Source: Eledone cirrhosa | Taxonomy: Eukaryota | DNA: 64,000 bases | Assembly: GCA_964016885.1 (NCBI GenBank) | Contig: OZ024741.1 | Location: 300,762,001-300,826,000 of the forward strand | Reading direction: 5' to 3' | Part shown: positions 1-15,595 of the stretch, in pieces | Layout of the letters: every line of letters begins with the position of its first letter | Position numbering within the stretch: position 1 is the first letter of the stretch | The notes under the pieces: generated by a model | The model's database searches: none | Told to the model about the DNA's origin: nothing | What the model saw: only the letters and a program-made list of their open reading frames with translations | Program-made: the position numbers and the translations under genes

Positions 1-3000
1 AAAATCAAAACCATCGAGGAAGAGATCCTCCTGGAAATCAACAATAAAACTTAAGGCCCCAAAGTAGAGAATATCTCCAAATTATAGAAAGGGGGCTGCA
101 ACAGGAAAGAACTGAAATCCCTTCAACGCTGGGAAAAAAGTGCCGCTTGGCTCCTACACTATGAATCGACTTTTCAAACGGATTACACCTCCAATAACCC
201 GTTAATAAAAATAGGAAAACCCATGACTGAACCGCACAACAACTTCGCAGACCCCCAAGCCTCTAACAAACGAAGAAGCAAGCACCACACGAAGATGAAT
301 TTCCCAACCTCGCTACCATAAGAAGGAACAAAGACCCTAGAAATCATCTCCCCCAGAATGACATTTATAACTTCCCCCCTTCAAGGAGACACCATACCAA
401 ATCACTCAACTACTACGCGGATGCCTCATCGTCAAACATAGGGAAAAGATACCACCACCATGATAGATGTAACAACTTCCCCGCTTCAAGGGGACAGCAA
501 GGTAATTTCCATTTTCTCAACTCTCGCTTCCACAATACACAACAAACCCACACCACACGATACAACCAACAAGGTAGGCCACCTATAACACCACAATCCA
601 ATATGGCACATAGAAACACACACCCATACTCGCAGTACAGGAACACCCCATTCAATCTACAACCACCAACCCGAACCACATTTTACAACAGCAAGGAATA
701 TAACAAACACAGGAGACACTTAACATCAGCAGACAACCCCTCAACCCCAACCATTTTTTAGACACAGCACACAGATACAAGCAAACAAAGTAACACAAGA
801 CAGGGAGGAGAAACCGATAGTAATAAAAATTATCAATCTTACTAGTGCAGAACCAACACCCAACCTTATCAACTTACTCTCCAAAGGTCTTAAATTCACA
901 CCGACCCCACTACATCCTAACTACTATGAAATGAAGGAAGATATCACAGACTTCTGTAGAAAGTTACGACTCAGTGAACAACTATTCGACCAGTACAATG
1001 AGGATGAATCATTAGCCAGAAATAGAAGCAATTACACCCCATCAAAAGGTAGAAATAAAATCCTGGACGAATTCTGTGAACACATCACAAACATCCCTTA
1101 CCAACACTTGCACAGACAAAAACACAAGCCAAACCTCAACAAGAAAGAATGAGAAGAATTAAATCTGATTAAAAACCGACAGAACCATTACAATTAAAGA
1201 GGCTGATAAATGGAGTACAGTAGTCCTAATGGAGACAGCATTCTATATCAACTTAGCGCTCTCCACTTTTGAAAACGAAACATACTACGAAAAGGCTGAA
1301 CACTACAATCAACAGAAAATTATGAAAAACCTAAAAACTCTGATCAACCAATACAAAGAAGGACTCACTAACAAGGAATTCAGCTTCATCACAGACTTCA
1401 CAAGTAAATCCAGCCTTTTCTACGGTATCCCTAAAGTACATAAAAGCGAATTAATAAGTAAGGCATGCAAGGAAGCCACAGACATAGTCATCAATGTCCC
1501 CTCACCCAATGATCTCAAATTAAGACCTATAATAGCAGACCCCGCTTGCTAAACCCACCGCCTCAGCAACTTCATTGATACCCTTCTCAAGCCTTTTCTC
1601 AAACACATCAAAAGCTATATAAGGGACGACCTAGATATGCTCAATCACCTCCCTAATATGCCACTTTCTGAACAAACCCTACTAGTAACGTTCGATGTAC
1701 TCAACCTATACTCCAACATCCCCCACAATCTAGGAATAGAAGCTATCCAATTCTGGCTGGATAATTACCACAATGAACTCCCACAACGCATCAAAAAAGA
1801 ATTCGTGATAGAGGGACTCAAATTTATCTTGGAGAACAATTACTTCGTTTTCAATAACAAACCCTACAGGCAGAAATCTAGGACCGCTATGGGAACGAAA
1901 ACAGCCCCCACTTATGCCAATCTAGTCATGGGATACCTGGAAATCACCCTCTACACTAAAGTCCTAAACACATTTGGAAACACTCTCCACTTACACATAG
2001 AAAGGAACTGGAAGCGATATCTAGATGACTGCCTCATCCTTTGGCACGAAAACATCGAGAAACTTAAAGAATTTCACACCCTTATAAATGGGCTCAACAC
2101 GAATATTAACTTCACGATGGAATACAGCCATCAACAACTCCCCTTCCTCGACATCCTCATTAAGATCCATAACAAAAAATAGAAACAGACATATACTACA
2201 AGCCCACAGACTCCAAGCAATATCTTCCTTTCAACTCTTGCTACCCTAGACACGTTAAAATTAATATTCCCTACAACTTAGCCAAGAGAATCTGTACTAT
2301 AGTCTCCAATAAAAACACCTGCTACTTACGGCTACAAGAACTAAAGGACACACTCATAGGCAGGGACTACCCTGCATCACTAATTGACAATGGAATCCAA
2401 CGTGGCCTAAAACTCAGTACCCAGGACCTTAGACACCCTAAAGTAAATCAACCGAAACTAAAAGCTCTTCCATACACTCCACACACAACCCCCCCAACAA
2501 TGAGGCCTTTGATACCATCCTCCAGAACATCCCTGTGTTGAAAAAGGACCATAGAATGAACCAAATCCTACGAACACACGATATCATAAAGAGCAAAAGA
2601 CAATCTAAGTCAATGAAAAACATCCTAACACATGCCAAAGTACTGCCAACCACAACAACGAAATCCACAGTAAAAAAAATGCGATAGACCCAACTGTGGC
2701 ATTTGCATCAACCTAATAGAGGGTTCGGAATTCTATTTCAAAGAAGGACAACGTTTTATAGTAAAACACAATTTCACATGCGCATCAAAAAATCTAATAT
2801 ATGTATTAACTTGCTCAGTTTGTCGAGAACAATACATAGGCCAGACCAAAAACAGCCTCCGCCAACGCATGACTGTCCATAGATCCCAAATTAAAATACG
2901 GGAATAAAGGAAAATACCACTGAGTGAACACATTGATACCTGTGCCGCCCAAAATCATCCCAACTTCAGAAACTTTCCCCTCTACAAATTAAAAGATAAT

Positions 3001-3078
3001 GCCACCCACACCTAGCGCATCAGCAAGGAATCTTACTTTATTAAGAAATACGGACCCCGTCTAAACACTTTTCCCTAA
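1..3078 (+). mobile_element. Decayed Penelope-like retroelement, Neptune-like (RT + Cys linker + GIY-YIG endonuclease); 5' end lies outside or at the window edge
   Basis: Broken frames encode LLSKGLKFTPTP, IKEADK, FYGIPKVHK, LRPII, FDVLNLYSNI (RT motif A), TAMGTKTAPTYANL (B'), RYLDD (C), LPFLD and YYKPTD. A C-x4-C-x2-C linker (CDRPNCGIC, ~2680-2710) precedes NLIYVLTCSVCREQYIGQT...LRQRMTVH (GIY-YIG, ~2790-2880). Several stops and frameshifts. Confidence 0.92.
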
Positions 3079-3289
3079 GACGAACCCACAACATACACAC
3101 GTCAACATACATACCTACTTCAGCATACATCTCTACGCACATATAAACACAATGACATACGTAAACACATGTTCTATGGTGCAACACAAATATACACATA
3201 TTTGCATACCTTTTGATGTCTATAGATATAAACGTGCCGACACACACACATACATAAATGCACACATGCATTTCACACTGATGGGCACA

Positions 3290-3567
3290 TACATATTTGT
3301 TGTGCACAGGTATTCCAATACGGCAAGGCCTAATGAATCCCCTTGCAGTACGTACAATCTGGACACACTCCAGATACATATTTGTGCACAGGTATACAAT
3401 TTCTGTACACACTCCAGGTACATGTGTACAATTTGTGCACAGGTATACAATTTGTGGACGGGTATACAGGTTCTGGACACACTCCAGATACATATTTGTG
3501 CACAGGTATTCCAATACGGCAAGGCTTAATGGATCCCCCTTGCAGTACGTACAATCTGGACACACTC
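3290..3567. repeat. Local duplication/minisatellite downstream of the PLE
   Basis: An ~80-bp block (gtgcacaggtattccaatacggcaagg...ctggacacactc) occurs at ~3300 and ~3498, with shorter gtgcacaggtatacaattt subrepeats between. Confidence 0.8.
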
Positions 3568-3709
3568 ACACACACCTTGGTATTATGCCAATACTATATA
3601 TCATTTCACACCTTTTATTACTAAGGTTTTTGATGTTCTATTGAGAGAATCGATTTTACTGAAAATATCGAATAATGTACACCATTTTAACAGAAATAAA
3701 TACTGATCC

Positions 3710-3781
3710 ACCCACACGCACACACACATTCTCTCACACACACACACACACATACACACGCGTACATTAACATACGAAGAG

Positions 3782-3812
<31 letters not shown>

Positions 3813-3819
3813 CACATAC

Positions 3820-3857
<38 letters not shown>

Positions 3858-4077
3858 CTCCGTATAAGACAAGAGCTGAAAAAATATCTTTTAACATGTT
3901 AAAATATCCCCACACACTTACAGACACACTAACATACAAAGAGACATACACACACACACACACACACTTCACCGTATAAGACAAGAGCTGAAAAAATATC
4001 TTTTAACATGTTAAAATATCCCCCACACACTTACAGACACATTCCTACTGACCATCCCTCTACCACGAATTACTCTG

Positions 4078-4155
<78 letters not shown>
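3710..4155. repeat. (CA)n microsatellites with an ~65-bp duplicated spacer
   Basis: CA tracts; cgtataagacaagagctgaaaaa...cacacacttacagacac occurs at ~3861 and ~3973. Confidence 0.9.
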
Positions 4156-4157
<2 letters not shown>

Positions 4158-4695
4158 CTTAATAGGCATTTGAATTGTCAACAGGCTGCGGTTCGCACAC
4201 ACATCCCTGCTGAACATTATCACAACAACGAACCTCTTTACTACTACTACACACACACACATATTTGTTGTGAAAGACTTATCTCTCAGTCAGCCGACAC
4301 AAACCTACATTTGGCGCAAAATCAATTTTTTACATTCACATGACCTCTACCGACCAATCAAAATTGTTTTGACCCCAAGAATTTTTGCAACACGAATTGG
4401 CGCAAAACTTATTTTAATACCGCTGGAGCCACTTTTTTAACATAAAAACAGGTAGAATTCCCAAAACTAATCAGATCAAAGCAAACATCACGGATGCTCT
4501 ATCTCAAAATTATTTTTGAAAAGCATTAGAAATGCTCAACCGGTAAAACTTAAAACCAAAACTTAATACTAACAAATACTATTACTAATTATCACTTATT
4601 CCTAATTAAACTATTTTTCACTGTGAACAATTTGTCAGCATTTTCTATTCCGTTTACCAATATATCATAACTTGTGTGTTACACCTCTTTGCTTT

Positions 4696-4750
<55 letters not shown>

Positions 4751-4988
4751 GAAAATAGATAAATTATTGTGAGCAAGAAGCGAACAGTAATTCATACGTA
4801 TAAGTGACTATTACGTCATGATGGAAAATATTTAACGTAAGATATGGGAAAATAATTCAATCCCAATTCAAAAAAAGTGAAGACAGAAATTTTATCCACA
4901 GATTTTGTGTAATCCAGGGTAAAAACCAATAGAATCTTAACTGAGAATAAAATTAAAAAATGAAGAGTATTTACTCTTATCCTTAAAT

Positions 4989-5030
<42 letters not shown>

Positions 5031-5172
5031 AGTATGTGCTGGTTGTTGACCGACACCTCAATATGCAGATAGGAGCACTAGAAGAAGTAGGTTGGTTTGG
5101 TTACTCCGGAGTAACGTAAAATAAAATAATTAAGTCAAATATTTAAAATTAGACTTCGTTTATTAAAGGTGT

Positions 5173-5227
5173 ACTGCTATATATATTTCGGTGATAGCCA
5201 TCCTTAGCTGTGACCTCTTCAGGCAGT
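5173..5227 (-). ncRNA. Type I hammerhead ribozyme (minimal stem III)
   Basis: Minus strand: actgc CTGAAGA ggtcacagc-taaggatg-gctatcacc GAAA tatata TA gcagt. Stem I is actgc/gcagt; stem III is palindromic. Confidence 0.85.
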
Positions 5228-6353
5228 CCGAATTGGTGTGGCAGGGACAGGTACACATGTTCTTGAAGTGTTTAACTCCGTCAATACTCCGATATGCCCA
5301 GTTCCTGGTTGAGTTGTTATTTCTCTGGGGAACTGGAATCATATGAATTGGAACAAACGAATTTCGGCGTCAAAGGACACTTTCTCCTCCAATTGGTCAG
5401 TTGTGAGAACATTCCTCAGTCAAAAGTCTATAGAAATGTTTTTCTGAGGCAAGACAATCTGTTGTGGTTGTTTTTGTTAAGTACAGCTGACCTCCTCCCT
5501 TGTGTTGGTAGTAGTGTTGATGTTAGGGGGGTCAGTAGTCAGGCCAGCTCAAGTTCGGCTGCTGCTATGTTTAGAAGAATTTGTGTGTGTGGGTTGGCAT
5601 CTATCCTGCCACCATTTCCCGTGGTGTTGGGGGGGGGGCAAACAAATGAAGAAATAAGATAAAGTAAAATGTAGAAATAAAAGAATATAAGGCAATAAAT
5701 GAAGAAAATAAAAAAATAAATAAATAAATAAACAAAAAATAATAAAATAATAAAAAGAATAAGATAATAAAAGAATAAAATAAAATGCGTGTGTGTTATA
5801 ACCAATCTCAAAGTTTGAAAGATTTGGAAGATATTGACCGAAAGAGAAAGGTTGTGTGTCAGAATCGAGGAGTGCAAAGGATCACAATCTTTACACTATC
5901 ATGGTGTGGCGCGTTTTAAGGCCCGAGTCTGGACCACCATATAATACGTAACGGGAACCCCACACTACGCACGCGGAGATCGACAACCTCCTGCAACTGC
6001 AGAAGCCCCGAATTATGCCCCCTTAGGAATGAATGCCTTAAGAAGAACTTAATATACGGATGTAGAGTAAAAAACCCCAACTCTGAACACCTTTACATAG
6101 GAGCCACATCAACGAGCTTTAAAGACCAATGGTATAACCATCGACATTCCTTTAATAGGGAGGACAAAAGGAAAAGTACGGCTCTTTCCGAACTGATCTG
6201 GAAGCTCAAGCTGGACAGGAACCCGTACTCTCTCGCCTGGTCTAAAATCAGGAATGTACCACCTGATAAAGGGGTATCTGGCAGCTGCAAACTATGTCTG
6301 GCCGAGACGCTCGAGATACTCGGAGGTGGAAGCAGCCTGATAAACCTCAGGAC

Positions 6354-6655
6354 TGACTTCTTCGGGACATGTAGACACATCAGGGTCGGAACCTTCCTCA
6401 AGCTATATGGACAGTAACAACACATTGGGATGGGAACTTCCCTGAAGCTATAGGGACTTCTCCGGAACAGGTAGACACCTCTGGGCCGCGACCTTCCTCA
6501 AGCTATATGGACAATAACAACACATTAGGATGAGAACTCCCCTCAGGCTATAGGGACTTCTCTGGGACATGTAGACACCTCAGGGCCGGGACCTTCCTCA
6601 AGCTATATGGACAATAACAACACATTGGGTTGGGAACTTCCCTCGAGCTATAAGG
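6354..6655 (+). repeat. Three ~100-bp tandem copies of the endonuclease C-terminal coding end
   Basis: The gacttc...acatgtagacac...accttcctcaagctatatggaca...gctataggg unit repeats at ~6355, ~6455 and ~6555. Confidence 0.9.
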
Positions 6656-7087
6656 ACACCAGCCCCTCCACACCGAGCCCACGGTAAACCACCCCATGCA
6701 CAATCACCACCCCTACCCCAGCCTCGATCGACTCCTGTGACAACACATACTTATGCATATGTCCATACATAGATACTGTTATTTAAGACTGTACATGCAC
6801 AGATACTTACATGTGTGTGTGTGTGTGTGTGTGTACATGTGTGTGTGTGTGAGTATATGTGGGTGTATGGGTGTGGGTTTATAATGTGTGTGTGTTTGTG
6901 TGCATATGGGATGCACCTGGGCCTGTGCTTGTGCTTGTGTGCTTGGAACGATGTGAGTTGATATACACGCATATGTACTCTATGCCGAAATAGGAATTGT
7001 AGTCCTCTGCATTTCCGGATTTTAACACTTGGGTTCTGGTGTTTTACACTCCACCCTTGTCCCATTTGCTCTTAAGACGCACCACAA

Positions 7088-9560
<2,473 letters not shown>

Positions 9561-9575
9561 CAAAGCCGCATGTAG

Positions 9576-10012
9576 TAAAAATTGAAAATTACAATTGGTG
9601 CTCTGAAATAGCTTTTAATTAAGCATACAGTGTATTGCAAAATACACTATATATACATTCATATATATATCGCTATTTCAGAGCACCAATTCTAATTTTC
9701 AATTATTGCTGGACCGGCAACCGCTCTGTATAATCAGTTCCTGGTTATTACTGGAATTCTATAAGAATCCAACATTCATAACCTTCAGCAAACAAAGGGA
9801 GTGATAAGCTCTGAGGAGTACCAACAGTACGAAACAGAGATGTGTCAGCTTATCTCCCTTTGTTTGCTGAAAAAAGAAGTAAGTGACATAGTCAATACTT
9901 TAAAACAATAGCGTAAGGTCTTCAAAATGCTTTTAATTAATCATACAGTGTATTGCAAAATACACTATATATACATTCATATATATATCGCTATTTCAGA
10001 GCACCAATTCGA
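9576..10012 (+). mobile_element. ORF-less 318-nt HHR-bearing unit with terminal redundancy and 5' inversion (retrozyme-like)
   Basis: 9611-9692 repeats at 9929-10010 (period 318). 9576-9612 is the reverse complement of ~9670-9705. There is a central HHR, and the unit ends in CA/TA microsatellite. Confidence 0.7.
9784..9871 (+). ncRNA. Type I hammerhead ribozyme with ~25-bp stem I
   Basis: ttcagcaaacaaagggagtgataagct CTGAGGA gtac-caaca-gtac GAAA ca-gagatg-tg TC agcttatctccctttgtttgctgaa. Predicted cleavage is after GUC at 9846. Confidence 0.92.
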
Positions 10013-10016
10013 ATTT

Positions 10017-10057
<41 letters not shown>

Positions 10058-10062
<5 letters not shown>

Positions 10063-13000
10063 CAAGAAAGAACAGTGATATGGTTTGCTATACAATAAGG
10101 GCTTTATTCACATTGCTGACAATTGTTTCTTTGATCTGGTAGGTCTAGAGTTCGCTATTCGCGAAAGTGAGGAAGATACTCCAGACATGGCTTTTATAGA
10201 GGAGTGGTATTAAACCCGAACAATAATGTCAATAATAGAATAACTAGATACTGAATAGTTAAAATAATAACATCAATATAATTATGAAATAGAGTATAAT
10301 GATGAATCTAGCATATTAAACGAACTGATATGATACAGATGTATGAAATTGACATGTGAAAACTGCTATAGGGTACATTAGATGTAGTGTTAAGGTGGTG
10401 AAGAGATAGCTGATATAATGTACTTGGAGTCAGGATTTATGAGGTGTATGCGTTTGCTGTAGGTTTGAAGGCACGCTGGTAATAAAGAGGAGATTTATTT
10501 ATTGTTTGACAGATAAATATTTTCGTTGTATCAATTTAGTGAGAATGATAGGGTGCGAAAAAATATATAGTTTTTATGTGATGTTAAGTTGAGTTGTAGA
10601 TTCGTTATGTAAGTGGCCTATTCTAAAAGTTGGGATTGTTAGTTCGAATCATGGGGGTTCAGTTTTCACAACATCAATAACAAATTGTGTATAAATAATA
10701 CAATAATAGAGACAATAAAAGTAATAAAATAGTAAAACATGCATGGTAGATAGAGAGAACATGATGAATAATATTAGGGATACATTGAGATGATCATAAT
10801 AATAATAAGAGGAAAATAAGATGTCAAGGAGTGTAGGTGTAATAAGATAATGTACTTAGAATTAAGTTCATCTGTTAGAGATCATGAGTGCTAATGTGAG
10901 ATACGTAGATATAATTGTTTGGTCCGAAGGATTAAACAACAGCAAAGATGGGATTGATTTATGGGCTGATAAGATAGTTGTAGACATTACTGCCCTATCC
11001 TAGTAGTATAGAATTAGGGAGGCTATAAGGTGTTTATAGAAGAGTATGGTTCTGTAGTGGGCTGTGTGAGAATGTGGATTTCATATGTTAAATGCTAAGT
11101 GATGTTCCCTTAATATAGGGAATGCTGGTTCTAATCACGGTGGTTTAAATCTCGCGAATTTTGTAGCAATCCTATGTCTGCAGAAAATTGACCTTTGTAG
11201 TTTGCTGTTGAGTAGCATTTTATCGTTCCTTAAGATAGGTAGCAATTCAAAGTTGCAGAGCCCGCAATGGGACATACCGCTGCTATAGGCCTTTGCGGCC
11301 GCTAATTTCGACCAGCTAATATTGTAATCAAGGTTTTTGTCCTTAAGTTGCCAGATTTTATTGGCGAGGGTTGTAGAATTTACCAGGGCACGGTTCTTCA
11401 TTGTTTGTCTGTGCACATACCATCTTTTTTTAAAAACACCCGCGGTAGATCCAATGTAGTGCCAAGTGGAGTTGCCCGCGTTTACCGTACACATGTACAC
11501 TAGGCTCGAATCAAGGCACCTATTCGCGAATGAGCACTTATCTGGTAGGTGACAATTGCAGTTTGAAGTATTATTCCGTGCAGCTTTCACATTGCGGTTT
11601 TGCAGACTGTTATATGTAGGTTGTGATTCATGCCTATTGAAGTTTTGCTGTGGTGTGTTCATGTGCGTTTGTGGTTGTGATACGGTAATGTGTTTGTGTT
11701 TAGTGTTTGGTGCTATGTTGCGTATAGGTGGGATAGCTTTCCTAGATGTATTCTTGTGGTTGATCTTGCGTATGTGCGATTCAATTTTGACAGCAGTAGA
11801 GTATGAAAGTGTTATAGTTTTTCTATTGAAGATTTTATTATATTTATGCGATGTAGGGAAGTGCTTATCTATTAGTTTAAAAAACGTAGAAGGCAGTTTA
11901 GTTCTTATAGAGTTAAAGATTGGATTAAACCATAGGTATTTTCTTTCTCTAGTTCTTATATAATTTCTAGGGTTTCCATTATTTGTGATCAGTCCTCCTA
12001 CTCTAGGTGCTACTTGCCTAGTTCTATGTGTAATAAGGTTACCTTTATTTTTGTATGAGCGGTTGGTGTTGGTGTTAATGGGTTTGTTTGTGTTGTCCTT
12101 ATCCTTTATAAACTGCAGCTTTTCTTTGTGTCCAGCCCTATGTAATGCTGCGTTATAATAATTAGCATGTTCTTTTAAAATGTCTTGGTTTGAGCATAGA
12201 CGGGATATTCTAAGGGATATACTACGTGCTATGGAGTTAATTATGGATCGGGGGTGGTTTGAGTTATAACTAATGTAGGCTAGATTCTCATTATTTTTGT
12301 GGAAGGGTTCTATTGATCCGTGCTTAGGTTTAGAGTTACGTCTAGAAAGTTTGCCTTTTTAGAATTCAGTTCGTAGGTAATATCTAGGCCTAGATTTTTA
12401 AGAATGTTCTAATGTTTTTTCGTAATCTTTCCATGCTCTGGTTATTTAAGTTCCTAGCTATAAGGAGCGTGTCATCTCTATAACTTCCCCCTTGGAGGTT
12501 ATTACATTCTTTATGTAGGTTATGTGCTATAAATATCCCGACAAGATCTGTTATTTGCGCTGAGTCGTTCGATCCCATTGTGATATCGAAGCTATTCATC
12601 CTATTATTTCTTTCCCAGTAGCTATTTTCAAATTTTATGATAGTCCTTCTAGCAGCTAGTATTATTTTAATTTCATCTGGGGTAAGGTCTGTGTTATTTT
12701 GGGCAAATATTAGCGCTTTCTCTAGGGTGACTGGGGATATAGATGTCAAATTGTATGAAGTTGTATGTTTCTCTATTTCTTATTCTATTGAACCATTCAA
12801 TTGCTTCGTTAGTGTTACCCCATAAATTAATTTCTGATGAAAACTACTGGTTATAAATAAAGTATTGGAGATCGATTGACGCAAAATCAGGCGACTAGCG
12901 AACTCTAGACCTACCAGATCAAAGAAACAATCGTCAGCAATGTGAATAAAGCTCTTATTTTATAGCAAACCATGTCACTCTTCTTTCTTGAATTATTATT

Positions 13001-13166
13001 ACTCCAAGTATAAACTACATAGAAATAACCGCGAAGCTCGCATCATCACTATGGAAACGTCTTGTTGAGTCAAACTAAGCCACACGTTAATACCATCCAC
13101 TACACGGAGCACTCTAACTGGACTACATCTAAGTGGACTGCCTACAACGATAACATGTTATCCCGT
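10058..13166 (-). mobile_element. 5'-truncated Hydra-like PLE (partial RT, thumb, GIY-YIG) with inverted pseudo-LTR at 12780-13166
   Basis: ORF 12390-12749 has FDITMGSNDSAQITDLVG and YRDD; WFNP follows at ~11930. ORF 11135-11662 has CNC...LVYMCTV...YIGST...CGLC...CRH. 10060-10160 is the reverse complement of ~12895-12995. Confidence 0.9.
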
Positions 13167-13196
13167 ATATATATATATATATATACATATATATAG

Positions 13197-13337
13197 GAAC
13201 ATATTCAGGACCCCGACGGCAGAGCTCAAGCCGTTTCGATGGCTATTTGTGGTAAATAGCCTTCGGGGTCATGAACCCAAAGTATCGAGTACTCTGATGC
13301 GTTATGGTCCACCTGGTCCCTTACTACACTTCCTTCG

Positions 13338-13393
<56 letters not shown>

Positions 13394-13425
13394 CGAAGGA
13401 AGTGTAGTAAGGGACCAGGTGCACT
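13197..13425. repeat. Short element termini in inverted orientation around a (TA)n tract
   Basis: cacctggtcccttactacacttccttcgtta (TA)n taacgaaggaagtgtagtaagggaccaggtg. The same family is at ~53565-53635 and 56280-56465. Confidence 0.75.
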
Positions 13426-13429
13426 ACTT

Positions 13430-15330
13430 CTTATTGGCTATACAAAATGTAATATAGAAAGAACTAGAAAACAATTACATAAAATTTTCAAAAATTTCAA
13501 CTTAGGTATTACCTTAGATAAAAACACTAAAAACGTTAACTTCCTTGATGCTACTCTTTGCCTGGACTCTAAAATATATACACCCTTTCATAAACCAAAC
13601 GAATAACTACTTTATGTAGATACCAACTCTAACCACCCTAAATGCATATTAAACTCAATTACTAAAGGAATATCAAATAGAATTTCTACTCTATCATATA
13701 ATGAAACCATATTTAACAGTAATTCCCAATACTAAAATGAGGCCTTAGCTAAATCAGGACATACAAATGAAATTAAATTTTTACCTATAAAATAACTGTA
13801 ACTGTAGAACAAATAGAACTTGTCCCTTAGGTAAAAATTACTTAATCAAAGACATCATTTACTCATGCACAGTCAATACAAACAACTCTTCAAAAACATA
13901 TATCGGTTCTACTTTCAACTGCTTCAAGATGAGATATAACTCGCATCTCCACACTATCAAAAATCGCAATCTAGACAACTATCTAACTACATACACTATC
14001 TGAAAACTAAAAATAGACCATACACACTTCAATGGGAAGTAATAGATAAGGCCGCATCGTATAAACCACCAAATAAATTATGTAACCTTTGTCTTCTAGA
14101 GACCCGCACTATATTCTATTCTAAACTAAACCTCTTAAATAGAAAGTCAGAAATTATTTCCATGCGCCAACATTACCACCGACACTCCTTCCACAACTTC
14201 AAACCTAGCTGCTAGTATATAACAATGTCAGATCTGGATTCCTCACCACCATTAACACTTTAACTCTAGGTTTCATCAGCATATAATTACCCCCCACAGC
14301 ATCACACTCTTTGATCAGCTCATTCCTCTACTTACCTCCTATTTTTCTCAAATCTTATACTCTACAATAAGTATTAAGAATAAACATAAAGGTACCACCA
14401 TTTAATAAAACTACTACAGCTTACTTATATTTTATTCAGTAATGAGACCTGTAATGTATTTTATGAAAATAGATTGTATTTAAAATTAAATATATAAATA
14501 CATAGTATTATATAAAAGGGATTCACTTATAGCACAATATATTGTATATTAGCACAAGGAATTTTTCTAATTGGAGCTGTAAACAACTATACATTTTTTC
14601 TATTATATACAAACTAATCGTTAATTACCTCCCCTTTCACATTAGCTCCCCTTTCCATAGATCTCTAATTCAGCTCCTGAAAATAAAACCGTTGGACGAA
14701 TCACTTTAGAACATCTCGAACCCTGGATGAGAGTGTAATAGGACCAATATAAAATCCATAGTTGTAACTACTTATGAAATTTAACCAATGTAATAGAAAA
14801 GAAAACATTAATATTAATAATCTCAACACATGCACATTTGAACATTATTGGAACAATTATCACACTACATCCACCATAAACTTCATAGAAACTACTTTTA
14901 ATATACAAACATCTTTGTCTGCTTAATATGCTTGTAGACCAGTGTTATATTATGTGATACCATTGCCATACTGTAATATATCTGCCTAGTACTATTGCTT
15001 GTTTCCTACTTATCTATTCTGTACATGACTAACACATTTGCACTCTCTATAAGCTTGCATATGTACTGCTAATGTTCTCGTTTTGCGAGTAATTTCTGCC
15101 TTAATGCCTCTTTAATTGTTATACTATTCTTTTGTAATCTTTGTCACATCCACTGACACTGACCTCTGTAAATATGAAACTGTTGATGACAACATTAATA
15201 TCAATATATCTATATGATTGTTCTGTCGAATAGGAAGTTAATCATATGTCTAAACTTTGCTAGTGGTCCGATGAATCCAAACGAAAGTTTGGATGAAATG
15301 ATTGTCAGCAATAAAATGTTTTGAACATAG
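13430..15330 (+). mobile_element. 5'-truncated, internally deleted Hydra-like PLE with long AT-rich 3' region ending in a degenerate HHR
   Basis: VNFLDATL...YTPFHKPNE...SNHP...ISNRISTLS...EALAKSG runs directly into CNCRTNRTCPL...IIYSCTV...YIGST...CNLCLLE (to ~14215). An HHR-like CCGATGA atccaaac-gaaa-gtttggat GAAA tgattg TC lies at 15268-15310. Confidence 0.82.
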
Positions 15331-15449
15331 TTTTGATTATTCTGTAATTTATATTCCTGCTCTCTAAAATATCTGATGTATTTACATTGAGCTATTTTTC
15401 TTACTGGTAATAAGGTCGTAATGAATTACTGACCTTTCCTGTTTATAAT

Positions 15450-15543
15450 AACTATACCTTTCATCCTTATGGGGTCGATAAAATAAAGTACCAGTAATAC
15501 ACTGGTTAATTGGTGGCCTTTTGCCAAAAGTAGGAACAATTAT
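15450..15543 (+). mobile_element. SINE 3' fragment
   Basis: cctttcatccttatggggtcgataaaataaagtaccagt...ggccttttgccaaaagtaggaacaatt matches the full copy at 63323-63510. Confidence 0.8.
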
Positions 15544-15546
15544 ATA

Positions 15547-15589
<43 letters not shown>

Positions 15590-15595
<6 letters not shown>

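Noticed and set aside
931-3078. In-frame stops as selenocysteine recoding (as known for some Naiad PLEs)
   Set aside because: The stops include TAA/TAG alongside frameshifts, the TGA at 1150 is not at a Cys position, and the domain order is C-terminal EN. This is ordinary decay.
4305-4415. Two TTGGCGC (E2F-like) sites and a CCAAT box
   Set aside because: Short motifs with no linked gene or transcription start; this cannot be supported as a promoter.
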